A stretch of DNA of 64,000 nt from assembly GCA_046563655.1 (NCBI GenBank), contig CM102290.1, positions 12,834,001 through 12,898,000 on the forward strand. The letters are read 5' to 3'. Shown piece after piece: positions 20,001 through 31,016 of the stretch. A program made the translations under genes and the position numbers. A model generated the notes under the pieces. The model saw nothing but the letters and a program-made list of their open reading frames with translations, was not told the DNA's origin and searched no databases. Positions within the stretch are counted from its first letter, which is position 1; each line of letters starts with the position of its first letter. This stretch comes from Yuukianura sp. NJ FZ-2021. Taxonomy: Eukaryota.

Positions 20001-21778
20001 GTTAACATGAACAGTGATTCGGTCAAAAGTAGCCAAGTCATTCATATCATACAATCATTCGTATCCGTGTCCATCAGCTGTGACATAATCGAATGGAATT
20101 GAGTAAGCCTAAAGCATACCGTCAGTGTCCGAGTTGGAGCGGACTTCAACTTTGATAGCTGAGCTAGAAAAAGCGCCTACGACTGGCACTGGAACTGCAA
20201 TGCGAGTAGTTGCAGCTTCCTGTACGGTCCGTTCTGCTCCACTGACAACTGGAGGCTGAGTTTGATGGTTATCAGGTTCTGGCATTGACTGTGGAATTGA
20301 GACAAGATTTCCAAGAGGTTTTGTTCTTAACAAACTGGCCAAGGTTATAGTCGATTCTGATGAAACAAGAAACAAAAGTTGCACTTTACCAGCAGTTGTG
20401 TTTTTATAGTAATGTAAAAGGAAATGGATGTTTACACTTGAAAAATACCTTGAAGTGTACGGTTAGCTGTTTTTGAAGGGCCACAGTATGATTCGATCAC
20501 CTTCAAGTCTTGTTGCGGAGGTTGTGAACGTAGGCCAACTCCATATTCTTCGCCACCAGTATTATTCTCTGCGTACTGTTCATACGAAAAATTAGTTAAT
20601 GTGGTGTAAAAATAACGCCACACTTTAGTTGCTATGAAGGATTTTTAAATGGGTAGATTTTTTTTTACTTACATAAGCGTTCATAAGGTCTTCAGAAAGT
20701 TCTTCATCTGTTAGAAAAAAAAAACGAAAACCACTAATGCATTATGTCACACACAGTTCATTGACGGAAGTGAGGCAAGTAACAAACTTTTTGTTACCGT
20801 CTTTTCTCGTGGCACCAACGTCCTCGGGATCGGAGTATTCATCAGAATCAGATAGTTCCTCAGGTGCAGATTTCCTGATAATCAGTCATAAGCATTTTTG
20901 ATTGAATGAATAACTAAATAAATGTTGCCAATTTAATATTTCAAAAAGTGGCTCACATAAACCCTGTATAAAAATCCTCCAGTTCTTCATCAGTTAGCAA
21001 GTCCTTCTCCACGGAATCGGCAGAGTTGATTAAGTCGGTATAAATTCCAGACGCTTTGGCGATATCGTCTTTAAGGGCCTGCGTGTATTCTATTAGGACA
21101 CAACAAAAACTGACATGAAACATTCAGTCTCTTTAGTTCAAATTGTGCAAATCCACATTGCCGTAAAACCATAGTAACAAATTGCATTTCCGGTACTCTT
21201 CTAAAGGGACTAGTAAGTAAAACGTAACCTCACCCGGGACAAGAAGGCTCAGTAGCTTGTCAGCAGCCTCGCCAGTATCCGGATTCTCACTCCACTGAAC
21301 ACTACTGCACATATGAATGAATTGTGACTCGCAATATTCTGGAGAAAACCGAATGTCCGCGTCGGATAACTGTCCAAAGTCAGCCATTTGAACTGCTGTT
21401 TTCGCCCTAAAACAAACATTACTCTACAGTCGTGTTCTGTTTGTTTTCGTTGTTTCAAGTTACAAATTACTTCGTTAGTAATACGTCTATCAACAAACAT
21501 ACCAGTCACCCCCATTTCGTAATACTGAACAGCATAGAGCTATAGCTTCCCTGAGGTCCAGTTGAGTTGCCAGAAGTATAGTCTGGCTGGTATATCCTGT
21601 AATCCGAATACAGAAGAGTTAGATTATACATGGCTCAACGACTGAAAGGAATGGAACTTTAAAGTGATAAGTTGTACACGCACTGACCTGGAAAAGCAAC
21701 GCTGTCTGGGTCATCCTGTTGAAACGTATAGTATTCATTCGATGACGATGCAGTCGGGTCAGCATGATAGAAGGTCAT
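17051..21778 (-). CDS. Divergent BRD8-like protein: N-terminal SANT/Myb-like region plus coiled coil, long acidic disordered middle, degenerate bromodomain, basic S/T tail; last exon uncertain
   Basis: Spliced N-terminus LREAIALCCSVLRNGGDWAKTAVQMADFG...FSPEYCESQFIHM resembles the BRD8 N-terminus; exons 17833-17958 and 17600-17759 give a bromodomain-patterned segment (TTLPMVMNSIKDG...LNLMLLNASILK). Confidence 0.62.
18237..18284 (-). repeat. 21-bp coding tandem repeat (TA[A/S]HGGN x2+)
   Basis: GCAGTATTTCCGCCGTGTG(A/C)A repeated about 2.3 times, in frame. Confidence 0.9.
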
Positions 21779-21878
21779 ATTGATGATGAAGAACCCAAAA
21801 TACTCAATTACTCTTTATGTAATCTGGTTTCAGTCGTGGTTATAACTAATTTCAACTAACCAAATGTTAAGAATGATA

Positions 21879-22111
21879 CAGTAGAGTTTCCCATTTATTC
21901 CATTTGCCAAATACAAAACAAATTGCAATTGAACTACACTGGGGTTAGAAAATTACATGAATCTGAGGTCAAATTGTCATTGGCAAATCCCCCATTTGCC
22001 ATTTCGTGTTTCATTTTGCCAGTTTATCGCCATTGTACGGGTGCGGGTTTTGTATTTGTCAATTGAAATTGTTTTGTATTTGGCAAATGGAATAAATGGG
22101 AAACTCTACTG
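21879..22111. mobile_element. Tc1/mariner-pogo-type MITE with 43-bp perfect TIRs and TA target duplication
   Basis: TA|CAGTAGAGTTTCCCATTTATTCCATTTGCCAAATACAAAACAA ... exact reverse complement |TA. Confidence 0.9.
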
Positions 22112-22610
22112 TACATTAATAATCACTGTCAATCCTTAAGAATTGAAATAGTACCTGACTTTAATGTCCCAGCCAGATTACCTTACACGACATGCCGCCG
22201 AAACGGACAGGAGGAGGCAAATGGTCCAGGTCGAGAGGAAAAAAAGATTGACTAATCCACTGATGCACTACAGAAACGGGGTAGCCTAAATGTCGGTTAC
22301 GTATTATGACTTTTTACTAGCATACGGTGCGTCTTGCTGGGGCTTCGCTCCGCACTCACTCAATCGTCGTGACTTTTTAAAAAAGACACGACAATATTTT
22401 TTTTCAGTTTTTTTTATGTTTCAAGTTGAGGAATGTTGAGGAAAATTTAATAATCATAATTCTGTGAGATTATTGCGAGAATTTAATTTGAACGTCTACA
22501 AGGCAAAGCTTTCACGCGTTTGCTTAAGTGGGTGAAAGCTAAAACATAATAAGATTGGTTATGCACATTGGAACTGGATGAAAGGCAACGCGTAGGGGGT
22601 TTAGTTTATG

Positions 22611-22625
22611 GTTACCAATGACGAC
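22611..22625 (+). promoter_or_regulatory. Candidate RFX X-box upstream of BBS1
   Basis: GTTACC-AAT-GACGAC fits the GYTRYY-N1-3-RRHRAC X-box consensus, ~150 bp before the BBS1 ATG. Confidence 0.55.
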
Positions 22626-22774
22626 GCAAATCAAAATACGTCCAGGCTGGTGTCCTTTTCGTCCTTTTTACACTGGAATATCTAACTAGGATTTGCTAAA
22701 ACGTTCATCAACTACGTACATCGTTCATCATCTAATCCTTCCAGAACAATTATTAGTCCAGATTAGTATTCAAG

Positions 22775-25232
22775 ATGTGGCTCGATGGGTTCAGTGACAT
22801 GCAGGCAACAATTTACACATTTCCGGCATGCCTGACAACAGCAGATTTGGCAGGAGACGGTGACTTTCGACTTATCGTGGGTGACATTGGGACAGGCGAC
22901 ATTCCGAGTAAATTGAAAATTTACAAGGGCACTGGTCTCCATTCAGAGGTCAACTTAGATGACCTCCCGACAGCCATTGCTCCAATGTACATCGACAATG
23001 AAAAAATGCCAGGTCAATTCATTATGTTATTTTAAAAACTAATTTAGTTTACATATTTACATCATATTTAAACTCCAAATTGGCTAATATAAATGGAGGT
23101 AAAATGTAAATTAAATAGGGTGAGCTAGTTTATGCTTTCACATGAGTCTGTCTATGTGTCTGTCATTTTCAAAGCGATACCTCGAAAATGTGACCTTTGA
23201 CCTTTTAATCAAAAACAGTCAGAATTAACAACAGATCGTTTGTTTTTGCAGTTATTACTGTTGCCTCTGCGGACTACGTCTATGTGTACAAGAACTTGCG
23301 TCCATTTTTTCGAGCCGTTTTGCCGGCACTTCCCGTGAACCCAACCGAGAGAGATGCTTGGGGTCAAGTGAGAAGCATTATTGTTAACAACGTTGTAAAT
23401 CAATGATAAAGTTTGTATAAGCGAAGTCTGTTTTCAGTACACATCAATTGAGGAACTGTCAGAGGTTTTACAAAATTTAAAAACGGAATGTGGCATTTCA
23501 TCTCTGAGTCTCAAATCTCAGCATCTTTTGTCACTTGGAGCGCATGAGCGATTGGCCTTTGTGAACACCAACAAAACCATGACACTTCAGAGGAAAAACA
23601 TCATCACATGCATGAGTACACTCAAAAAAGCCCGCCAAGAAGAAACTGCCCTTACATGTTTAGTTCTCGGCACGGAAAACAAGGAACTCCTTGTTCTACA
23701 TCCCGAAACTTTTACTCCAATTGACGAGGTAACTACGCAATTTCCCGCCAAATTTTGAATTTGAAAACACATAATGCTATCGGAACAGGCTAAGCTGTCA
23801 CTCATGGAAGTACCTGTGTCTATTGCAACTTCGGGACTGTTTGACATCGACTATACGCTGACGACCACTTTGAGAAACGGACACTTAGTACTGGGTAGGC
23901 GCGGATGGGTGTCGCCGTTACTAAATTTAGGCAAGCCGGCCATCGGAGTCGTTTGTCTCGATACGCAAATAATTGTGGCTCTCATGGACTCAACACTGAA
24001 CTGCTTCAACGACAAAGGACGACGTCTTTGGCGTAAAGAAATCGGGGAACCAATCACATGCGTCGAACGGATTCAATTGAAGAATAAAAACTTGGACATG
24101 GCTGGCGTTGCATGTAAGGACACTGTGCACATATACTCCACCACTGGAGAACTACTGGACAAGGTCAAGTGTATGGAAAACATAAGCTCTTTATATTTTG
24201 GCCAATATGGACGGGAAACTAACAGCTTAGCAGTGATAAGCGCAGGTACAATGCTTAGCAGTAAATTGCTGGATGGATAAAAAATTTCTTCCACTCTCTT
24301 CCACAGTAGTGGATATATCTGGATGTAATTGGTTTATTCCGGACGAAATTCAATTTCGTCCATCAGAAACTGGATTTCATCCGGATTTATCCATTTCGCC
24401 AGTGTAACCTGGACGAAATGCTCAAAAAGCGGATATCCAGCAACACTGCTAGCAGTGTTTATAAAATCTACGAAGAATGCGAATCAAGGTCATTGACTTT
24501 CAAACGAAATCTTTTGCAGGAGGCAGTTTGCATTTGAAAATCTTAAAGCGCAGTGCCGATTTTACGGCACAGCTTTCATCCGAAACCAAAAATGGTGGCG
24601 GCAAACTTCAAATTCCAAAGAAAACTAAATTGTTTGTGGACCAAACCATGCGAGAGCGGGAAAATTCTATTGGTACGAAAAGTTCAAATTTTTGAAAAAG
24701 AATCATTTTCGAAATTGTACATTTCCTTTTTTGAAAAGCAATGCATAGAACATTTCAAAAATTCCTGTTCCATGCCAAACTGGATACTGCTAGGCAACTA
24801 GTCGACGTCATCGCCAAGAAGCAAACTCCCACGACAATTAACGATGCTGTCAAAATTTCTGCGCAAGTGCTAGGCCTTGGCCCATCATTTCGTCTGCAAC
24901 TTGGAATCTACAACATGAGCTCTGAGGCACTCGTAGGCCTTGGTTTATTTTTTCAATGGGATGACAAATTCTACCAAGTGGAACCTCCATATATTCGCGT
25001 AAGTGTCAAAAATTCACAAAAATTTGGAACGAAATTTGAAATTTAGAATTGAAATGTTTTGAAGGTCCCAATGCTTGTTCCTACTGCGGAGCTTAAGTTT
25101 GTGGCAAAAGCGGATTGCGTTACGACTGATGGAATCGCTGACGTTATAAAAGTTGTCGTTATCAAGGACAGTCAAGTTCTGCTTGTTGCAATTATTAACA
25201 TGCCTCCAAGCGAGCCAATGCTACTCGAATAA
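22775..25232 (+). CDS. BBS1: Bardet-Biedl syndrome 1 protein (BBSome subunit), multi-exon
   Basis: WLD...TADLAGDGDFRLIVGD, KLKIYKGT, VYVYKNLRPFF, ITCMSTLKK, CLVLGTE, FGQYGRE, GGSLHLKILKR, IPKKTKLFVDQTMRERE, VLGLGPSF, terminal AIINMPPSE. Confidence 0.96.
24259..24448 (-). mobile_element. CAGTGTTGCTGG-family (hAT-like) MITE in a BBS1 intron
   Basis: Reverse-orientation copy of the elements at 50030-50211 and 58116-58264; internal GGACGAAA/ATCCGGA motifs. Confidence 0.7.
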
Positions 25233-25499
25233 AGCAATACCAAGTATAAACTACATAAAGTAGTAACGTACGAGTATGGTTTCATCTGGGTTTTCTTCAA
25301 AATCAGAGGATTAGTCAAGCAGCTCATTATAGTTACTCCCGGTTTCCCAGTGTTGCTGACTTTGGTCAAAAAGGTCAAAGGTCAAAAGAAAAGGTCAAAG
25401 GTCACTCCGGAAGTATGACTGGATTGAGTCTATAACGAAACGGGAACATCTTAGAACCTAGTTTTAGTAACGATTTTAAAAGGTGTGAAAGATTTGTCG

Positions 25500-25509
25500 A
25501 AAAAAAAAA
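25500..25509 (-). terminator. Pol III oligo-T terminator of tRNA-Cys
   Basis: Run of 10 T on the minus strand 2 nt downstream of the tRNA 3' end. Confidence 0.8.
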
Positions 25510-25511
25510 TT

Positions 25512-25584
25512 AGGGGGCACGCAGATTTGAACTACGGACCTCTCGATCTGCAGTCGAATGCTCTACCAACTGAGCTATACCCCC
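25512..25584 (-). tRNA. tRNA-Cys (anticodon GCA), intronless
   Basis: GGGGGTATAGCTCAGTTGGTAGAGCATTCGACTGCAGATCGAGAGGTCCGTAGTTCAAATCTGCGTGCCCCCT: 73 nt, full cloverleaf, U discriminator. Confidence 0.97.
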
Positions 25585-25705
25585 AATTAACGTTTCCATG
25601 GAAAAAACGGGCTTTATGAATTTCAAAAGGTCAGTGACCTCAACCAAGGAGAAACCAAATCCTTCCATTTCAAACCACTTCGCGCCAAAACCCAATATCT
25701 TTTTT

Positions 25706-25776
25706 AAAGCAGACGAGATTCGAACTCCAGATACATCTAAACTCGGTCAGCCCTCTACCAATGATGCTAAAATCTC
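25706..25776 (-). pseudogene. Degenerate tRNA-like element retaining Pol III A and B boxes
   Basis: Minus strand TAGCATCATTGGTAGAG ... GGAGTTCGAATCTC with tRNA-like spacing; acceptor and anticodon stems do not pair. Confidence 0.55.
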
Positions 25777-25963
25777 CAGACACTAAAATCAATTAAAGTC
25801 AAATAATTTTTCATACAGGTTGTGTTTTCAAAAAGGAAAAATCGTGCGAAGTTTATTTCTTTTTAATTGGAATTTTGATTCAAGCAAGTAAGTTAGGCTC
25901 ATCCTGTTAGGTTAATTAGCCTAGCTTGATTAGGTTAACAAATAACCAAATGTGAATGACTAG

Positions 25964-28900
25964 TTATTCGACTTTGGACTTCTTTTTAATCTTCTTGTCC
26001 TTATTCTTTTGGACAGATTTGGATTTGAGCCGTCCAGAAGACGTGGCTGCTGCGACTGATGCCATTTTTGTTGTAGAAGCTGCTCTAGCAGCGGGACTAG
26101 GTTTGACAGCGCCAGTAGAAGCGACTGGAGCTGGTTCTTTTTTGCTTCCAGCTGGAACTGACTGTCGTCTGTGCTTCTTCCCACCTTGAGGTGTTGTGGC
26201 TGTTTGGACTGACGCAGTCGCAACGCCACTTTCAGCCTTAGGAGCAGCCTCACCTTCTTCTTCAACCTCATCGTCAGGAATGAAAACGTAGCGTGGACCG
26301 TGGCGCAGAAAAGCTCCGCCTTTGAGTCTGCGCACAACAGTTCTAAGCGTCGTCTCTTTCTTCTTGCGAAGCCACCTTCGACGTGCTCTGCCAGTCATGT
26401 CATTCAGATGATCTGCTTCCTTTTCAGACAAAATGTCGGAAATTGCTCGTTCGAAATCGTCGTCATCATCTTCCGGTGGATCCTCCCCTTCGTGAAACTC
26501 CGACAATCTGGATTGTTGATGCAAAAATTCAACCAATCGGAGTCCTCGTGGTGGAGCTCCAGGAAGGACAGAAATTCCAAAGAAAACCCACATCATTGCA
26601 GCTCCAAGTTTTTCATCAGCTGGAATCAAAAATTCAAAAATTTCAGAAGAAAACTTAAAAAATAGAACATTTTTTTTTGAACTTACGCATAGACGGGTCA
26701 ACATTGACAAACGCTGAAAAAACTTTTGTCATTGAAACGTCCGTTTCTCCAGCCGGATCGTTTTCGCGCTCAGCTGAGCTGAGTGTCACGCCAACATCGG
26801 CAAGTACATCCCTCAAAACGTCGTAAACATACTTGTGTCGATCTTCTTCAAACTGTTTAGCAAATTCTTCAACGAAGTTCCCCACAAGCCCTTCGTCCGT
26901 CATTGCAAAAAATGCAATGTATTTGACAATTGCCGTTTCGGCGGTAATTCCGGTTTGGCGGGAAGCTGCTCCAAGGAGTCCCTTGATCTCCTGCTCCGTT
27001 TTTTCGCCAAACGATTGACGTAAAAGTTTACCAAATTCACCAAACTGAATGGAGCCAAGTGGTTGGCCAGTTTCTGCCGACTTTTGAATAACAGCATTCC
27101 GAAGTTTTGCGACTTGAGCTCGGAAGAGATGATAAACGCCTTCGTCAAGCCGACCTTCCAGAATGTCCAGGAACTGTGTCAGTTTTGGCTCAATTTTCCC
27201 CAGATTTCTGCAAGCTTCGACGATATTGTAGGCCCATTCCATTCGCATGGCAGGAATGCTAAAGCGATTGCGCAAATACTCAACAAAAAATTCTTGAAAT
27301 GAGCCAATGACGGGCATTTCTTCTGGAATGTCAGACAGAGCTGACATTCCGTAATTACCAGACGCCTCTTCCTCTTTGGCCTCTGTGTAGCGACGCAGAG
27401 CTTCCAAGCGTTCGGCACGCATTTGCCAAATCTCTTGAACGATTACAATGACGTCGCGACGTGAAAAAAATCGGCGTCGCATTGGTTTGTCCCATTTCAT
27501 AAATTGGGGTACTTGAGACCCCTTGCCCAGAGGCGTAATGAATTCTGGTGGACCAAGAAGTTTTTTGCCAGTCAATTCTTGAACCAGCGTCGGAACAATT
27601 TCGGCACTAGATTTTCCTTCAATCAGCGATTTCCATTTGGGCATACCGCCTTCAATATGCTCAGCAACTTTTTCCCAACTTGGACGTGGAGTGGGACGCT
27701 TGCGCAGATCTGTGACCAAATCCTAAAAGAAGTTCAAAAATTCTGTTGAAAAACTCCGAAAAATACATTAGAGTTTTTCTACTGAGCGATCAGCGAAAAA
27801 AAAAACGAGCGTTTTTGCCAAAATCTCACATCACCCCGACCTCATTTGAAATTCTTTGAACAATAAGAGAATCAACTAAAAAAGTTAAAAATATTTAAAA
27901 TGAATTTATAACAGAATTTTAAAAAAGTATAAAAAGTTCGTAATTGATTTTTCAGATTTTGAAAATGTCATTTTCTAAATTATTATGAAACATTTTGGAC
28001 TTTGTATCTTATATTGTTCAAACAATTTCGGTTGCAGTTGGGGTGAGGTGAGATTTTTTCCAAAAACGTTCGTTTTTTTTTTCGTTGATCGCTCAGTAGA
28101 AAAACTCCAACGTTTTTTTTTTCAGGTTAGGTTGCTAGAAATAGTAAAAAGTAATTTTGAAAAATTCAAAATATGAAATTTCAGAAACCTGCAATTTGTT
28201 TCTGGAGCCTGTTAAGCTTTCGATTTGATCCTTCATTCCTTTAACTTCAGCAACGACGTTGTTGTACTTTTCGATCAGTTTCGCATGATTAGTTTCCAGT
28301 GTGGTCATGATTGCTTTCAGTTCATCAAAATCACGACGCGGAATCACATCGGAGTAGTCTGCTTCCAAAATCGTGATTCTAAAACATAAAATCAAAACTT
28401 TACAACCAGATACTTTCCAAAACGAAATCAAAATTTTGAAATTTTTGCAAAACTTTACCGATGATGAGCTTGGGTCAAGTTGTTTCGTATAGTTTGGAGA
28501 GCACGACGGAGCACAACTGGATCATCGGTATGCAAGAGCTCCAGTTCTGCTGCGTCTGGATCGTCATCGTCGAAATAACGCCTGACAGGTTTTGGACCAA
28601 TACCGAGTCTACGCCGAAAATCATTCATCTCCACAATCATCAACTGGCGCCGGTCCTCAGATGCACGACGTCTGTCATGTTCGTTACTCAACGAAGTTTC
28701 AAGTCTGGGAAAAACAAAACCACAAAATCAAAAAAGTTTTGTCAAAATTTTCAAGATTTTGGTCTACATACCTTTCCAAGATGTCGGTCATTGTGCGAAT
28801 AGCAACATCCTGTCTGTCGCAATGGCGCATGAGCAGAAACAACTCTTTTTCGAATTCAGTCATTTGCTTGAACCCTTCAACTCTAGCTGTCGCCTCTTGC

Positions 28901-30012
28901 TTGTCCAGACTCACCTCCAGACGATGAACTTTTCTCTTAGCTCTGGTAGTCAGAACAAGTTTTCGCTCATGATCAGACAGGATGGTTTCGTAGTCCGTCT
29001 GGATCTCAGCCAAAATCGGCGCCAACCCTTCAAAGTGACGCATTAACGTGCAGAAGGCTCTGCGGTAAATGTTGAGTCTTGCGTACAACTTCTCCTCCGG
29101 TTCGTTCAGGCCGTTCCGGTTTGAGCAAATTTCGGCAATGGTTAGCGGAGTGGTTTTGGTAGGCGTGGGTTTGGGCTCCTCACCACGCATTATTTCAAAG
29201 AGCCCGTCAATTTCGGAATGCGGTGCTGGACAATCGGTTCGTTGAATTTCCATCTTGACATCCTTCACTAGCCGCCGTATGAAGTTTGATTGGGCAATAA
29301 CATTTCCTTGGAAAGGCTATAAAAAAAAAGTTAGGTTAAATGTCATCATATTTAGTCTGGTTAAAAGTTAGGCTGGTCAGAATTGTCTAGGACTGTTCAA
29401 GTTCCGTTCCGTTTCCACGAGAAACGGAACGAAAAACAGAAACAGAAATGGCACTGGAACCGAGTTTTTGAAAATGGAACGGAACGAGTTTAAAGATTGG
29501 GAAACGGAAACGAAACGAAACGGTACCGGAAATAAGTTCCGTTCCGTTTCTGGTACCGGAACTTGAACAGCCCTGTCCAGTTAAAAAGTGAGATAGTATC
29601 TTACAGCGAGTTTCAACAGAGCCTCACTTCCGTCCGTTTCTTCATCGTCGTCATCCCTCCAATCTTTGTTAAAGTCGTCCATGACTCCACGAGAACGTGA
29701 CTCTGCAGGGTCGCAGGTCACATCTTGAGGACGTAGCGGCAGGTCAAACAGGTCATCGTCCTCGGGACATTGAGTTTCCTCAAAGGCCTTCATGAACATG
29801 GCCTTGGTCGACTTGTCTTGGGTTCCATACGCTTGATCCAGTTGTTTCATGAGCTTGTACGCAAAAACGTCGTCGCGAATCAAGTCAAACTGCGGCTCTG
29901 CTGAGGTGTCGTTGGGCATCTTGGGCGGAATGGGCTCTTCTTCACTCCATTTCACAGATTGACCGCCGCCTTTGCCTTCTCGACCTCCCTCACTTCCGCT
30001 TCCGGAACTCAT
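25964..30012 (-). CDS. TSNAXIP1: Translin-associated factor X-interacting protein 1, multi-exon, with a long K/A-rich C-terminal tail
   Basis: RLNIYRRAF...LAPILAEIQTDYE, YSDVIPRRDFDEL, TPRPSWEK, PLGKGSQVPQFMKW...SRRDVIVIVQEIWQMR, EWAYNIVEAC. Confidence 0.85.
27768..28110. mobile_element. MITE with ~80-bp imperfect TIRs in a TSNAXIP1 intron
   Basis: GAGTTTTTCTACTGAGCGATCA...AAAATCTCACATCACCCC versus GGGGTGAGGTGAGATTTT...TGATCGCTCAGTAGAAAAACTC; AT-rich core; no clear TSD. Confidence 0.8.
29388..29575. mobile_element. hAT-like MITE with subterminal AACGG/CGGAA repeats
   Basis: TAGGACTGTTCAAGTTCCG / CGGAACTTGAACAGCCCTG inverted termini; many GAAACGGAAC units. Confidence 0.8.
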
Positions 30013-30215
30013 GTTGCTCCAGAATCAATACTTTTGAATTTGGTCACTTCAATTGGCCAGATTTTGAAAATTTTGAAACAAGGAGACGACGACTATGGAA
30101 GCATAATTTTCAAAATGAACGTTGAGTTGCAGCAGCAGTGTGCAAGGAGCGCGAGCGAGCGACCAACCCAGCTAGCATTTGTTGACTTCAAGGGACAAAC
30201 TTCCAAACAAAAATC

Positions 30216-30229
30216 ATTGTCATGGCAAC
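30216..30229. promoter_or_regulatory. RFX X-box upstream of TSNAXIP1
   Basis: ATTGTC-AT-GGCAAC, near-palindromic with a perfect GGCAAC half-site, ~200 bp before the ATG. Confidence 0.6.
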
Positions 30230-31016
30230 AGCTCTTGGAAAATAAAGTTTCTAAACTTGGATTTGGAATGTTTAAAAATTCAAGAATCGCAATATACAAA
30301 AGAAACACTTTTTCTCCTAGAACTTTCACTTAAAATTCATTCTCATACTATGAAACGAGGAATGAGCAAGGAAAACGTTTTTGGAACGGTTCAAACTAGA
30401 CCCATCATTTTTAGGATATCGTAGACATTTTTTTTTCAAATTCTCGATTTTTGTTCATTTTTTACGATGTTTGAAGTGAAGTGAAAGTGTTCTCGCACGT
30501 CGCATGGTTTAGCAGTATCTCCTCATAGTCATAAGCTGTCAGGGTTTTCTCCAAACTCAGAGGATTAGTCAAGCACCAAATTAGTTACTCCCACTCCCGC
30601 TTGCGTCCTCGTTATGAATTTGGTAATGAACTTAATTTTAACAACGCCGGAAACCCTATTTTCTATAAACTACAAACAATATTTTTATTACAGTTTGAAG
30701 ACTGAACTGTTCTGGACCGTTTTGCCTTGAGTCAGAATCAGAGTTATGAAACCACAGGACGTCCAAAGGACATTACTAATACATCACAGTACACATGTAC
30801 ACTGCATAACACCCGCCTCGGCCTCACCACATTGATAGACACCGCCATCAAGTGGTCCGTCACATGCGGGACAGGAGTAACTTGGACAATTTGAAGCTTG
30901 ACGGTACATGAAGACTGACTGAACCGACTTAGGACGGGCTCCTCCGCCTTCCGGTCATCGGGGCGTTTTGTATTCAGCAACAACATTGGGTTGGAAGTGG
31001 GCCGTTACACACAAAA

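Noticed and set aside
22316..22356. ACTAG...GGGGCTTCGCTCCGCAC resembling a Helitron-type end
   Set aside because: Too short; no second end identified
25510..25786. ORFs over the tRNA region
   Set aside because: Explained by tRNA-Cys and the tRNA-like element
29388..29575. Short-repeat array superficially like CRISPR or telomeric repeats
   Set aside because: Eukaryotic context, no regular spacers; bounded by TIRs, so a MITE
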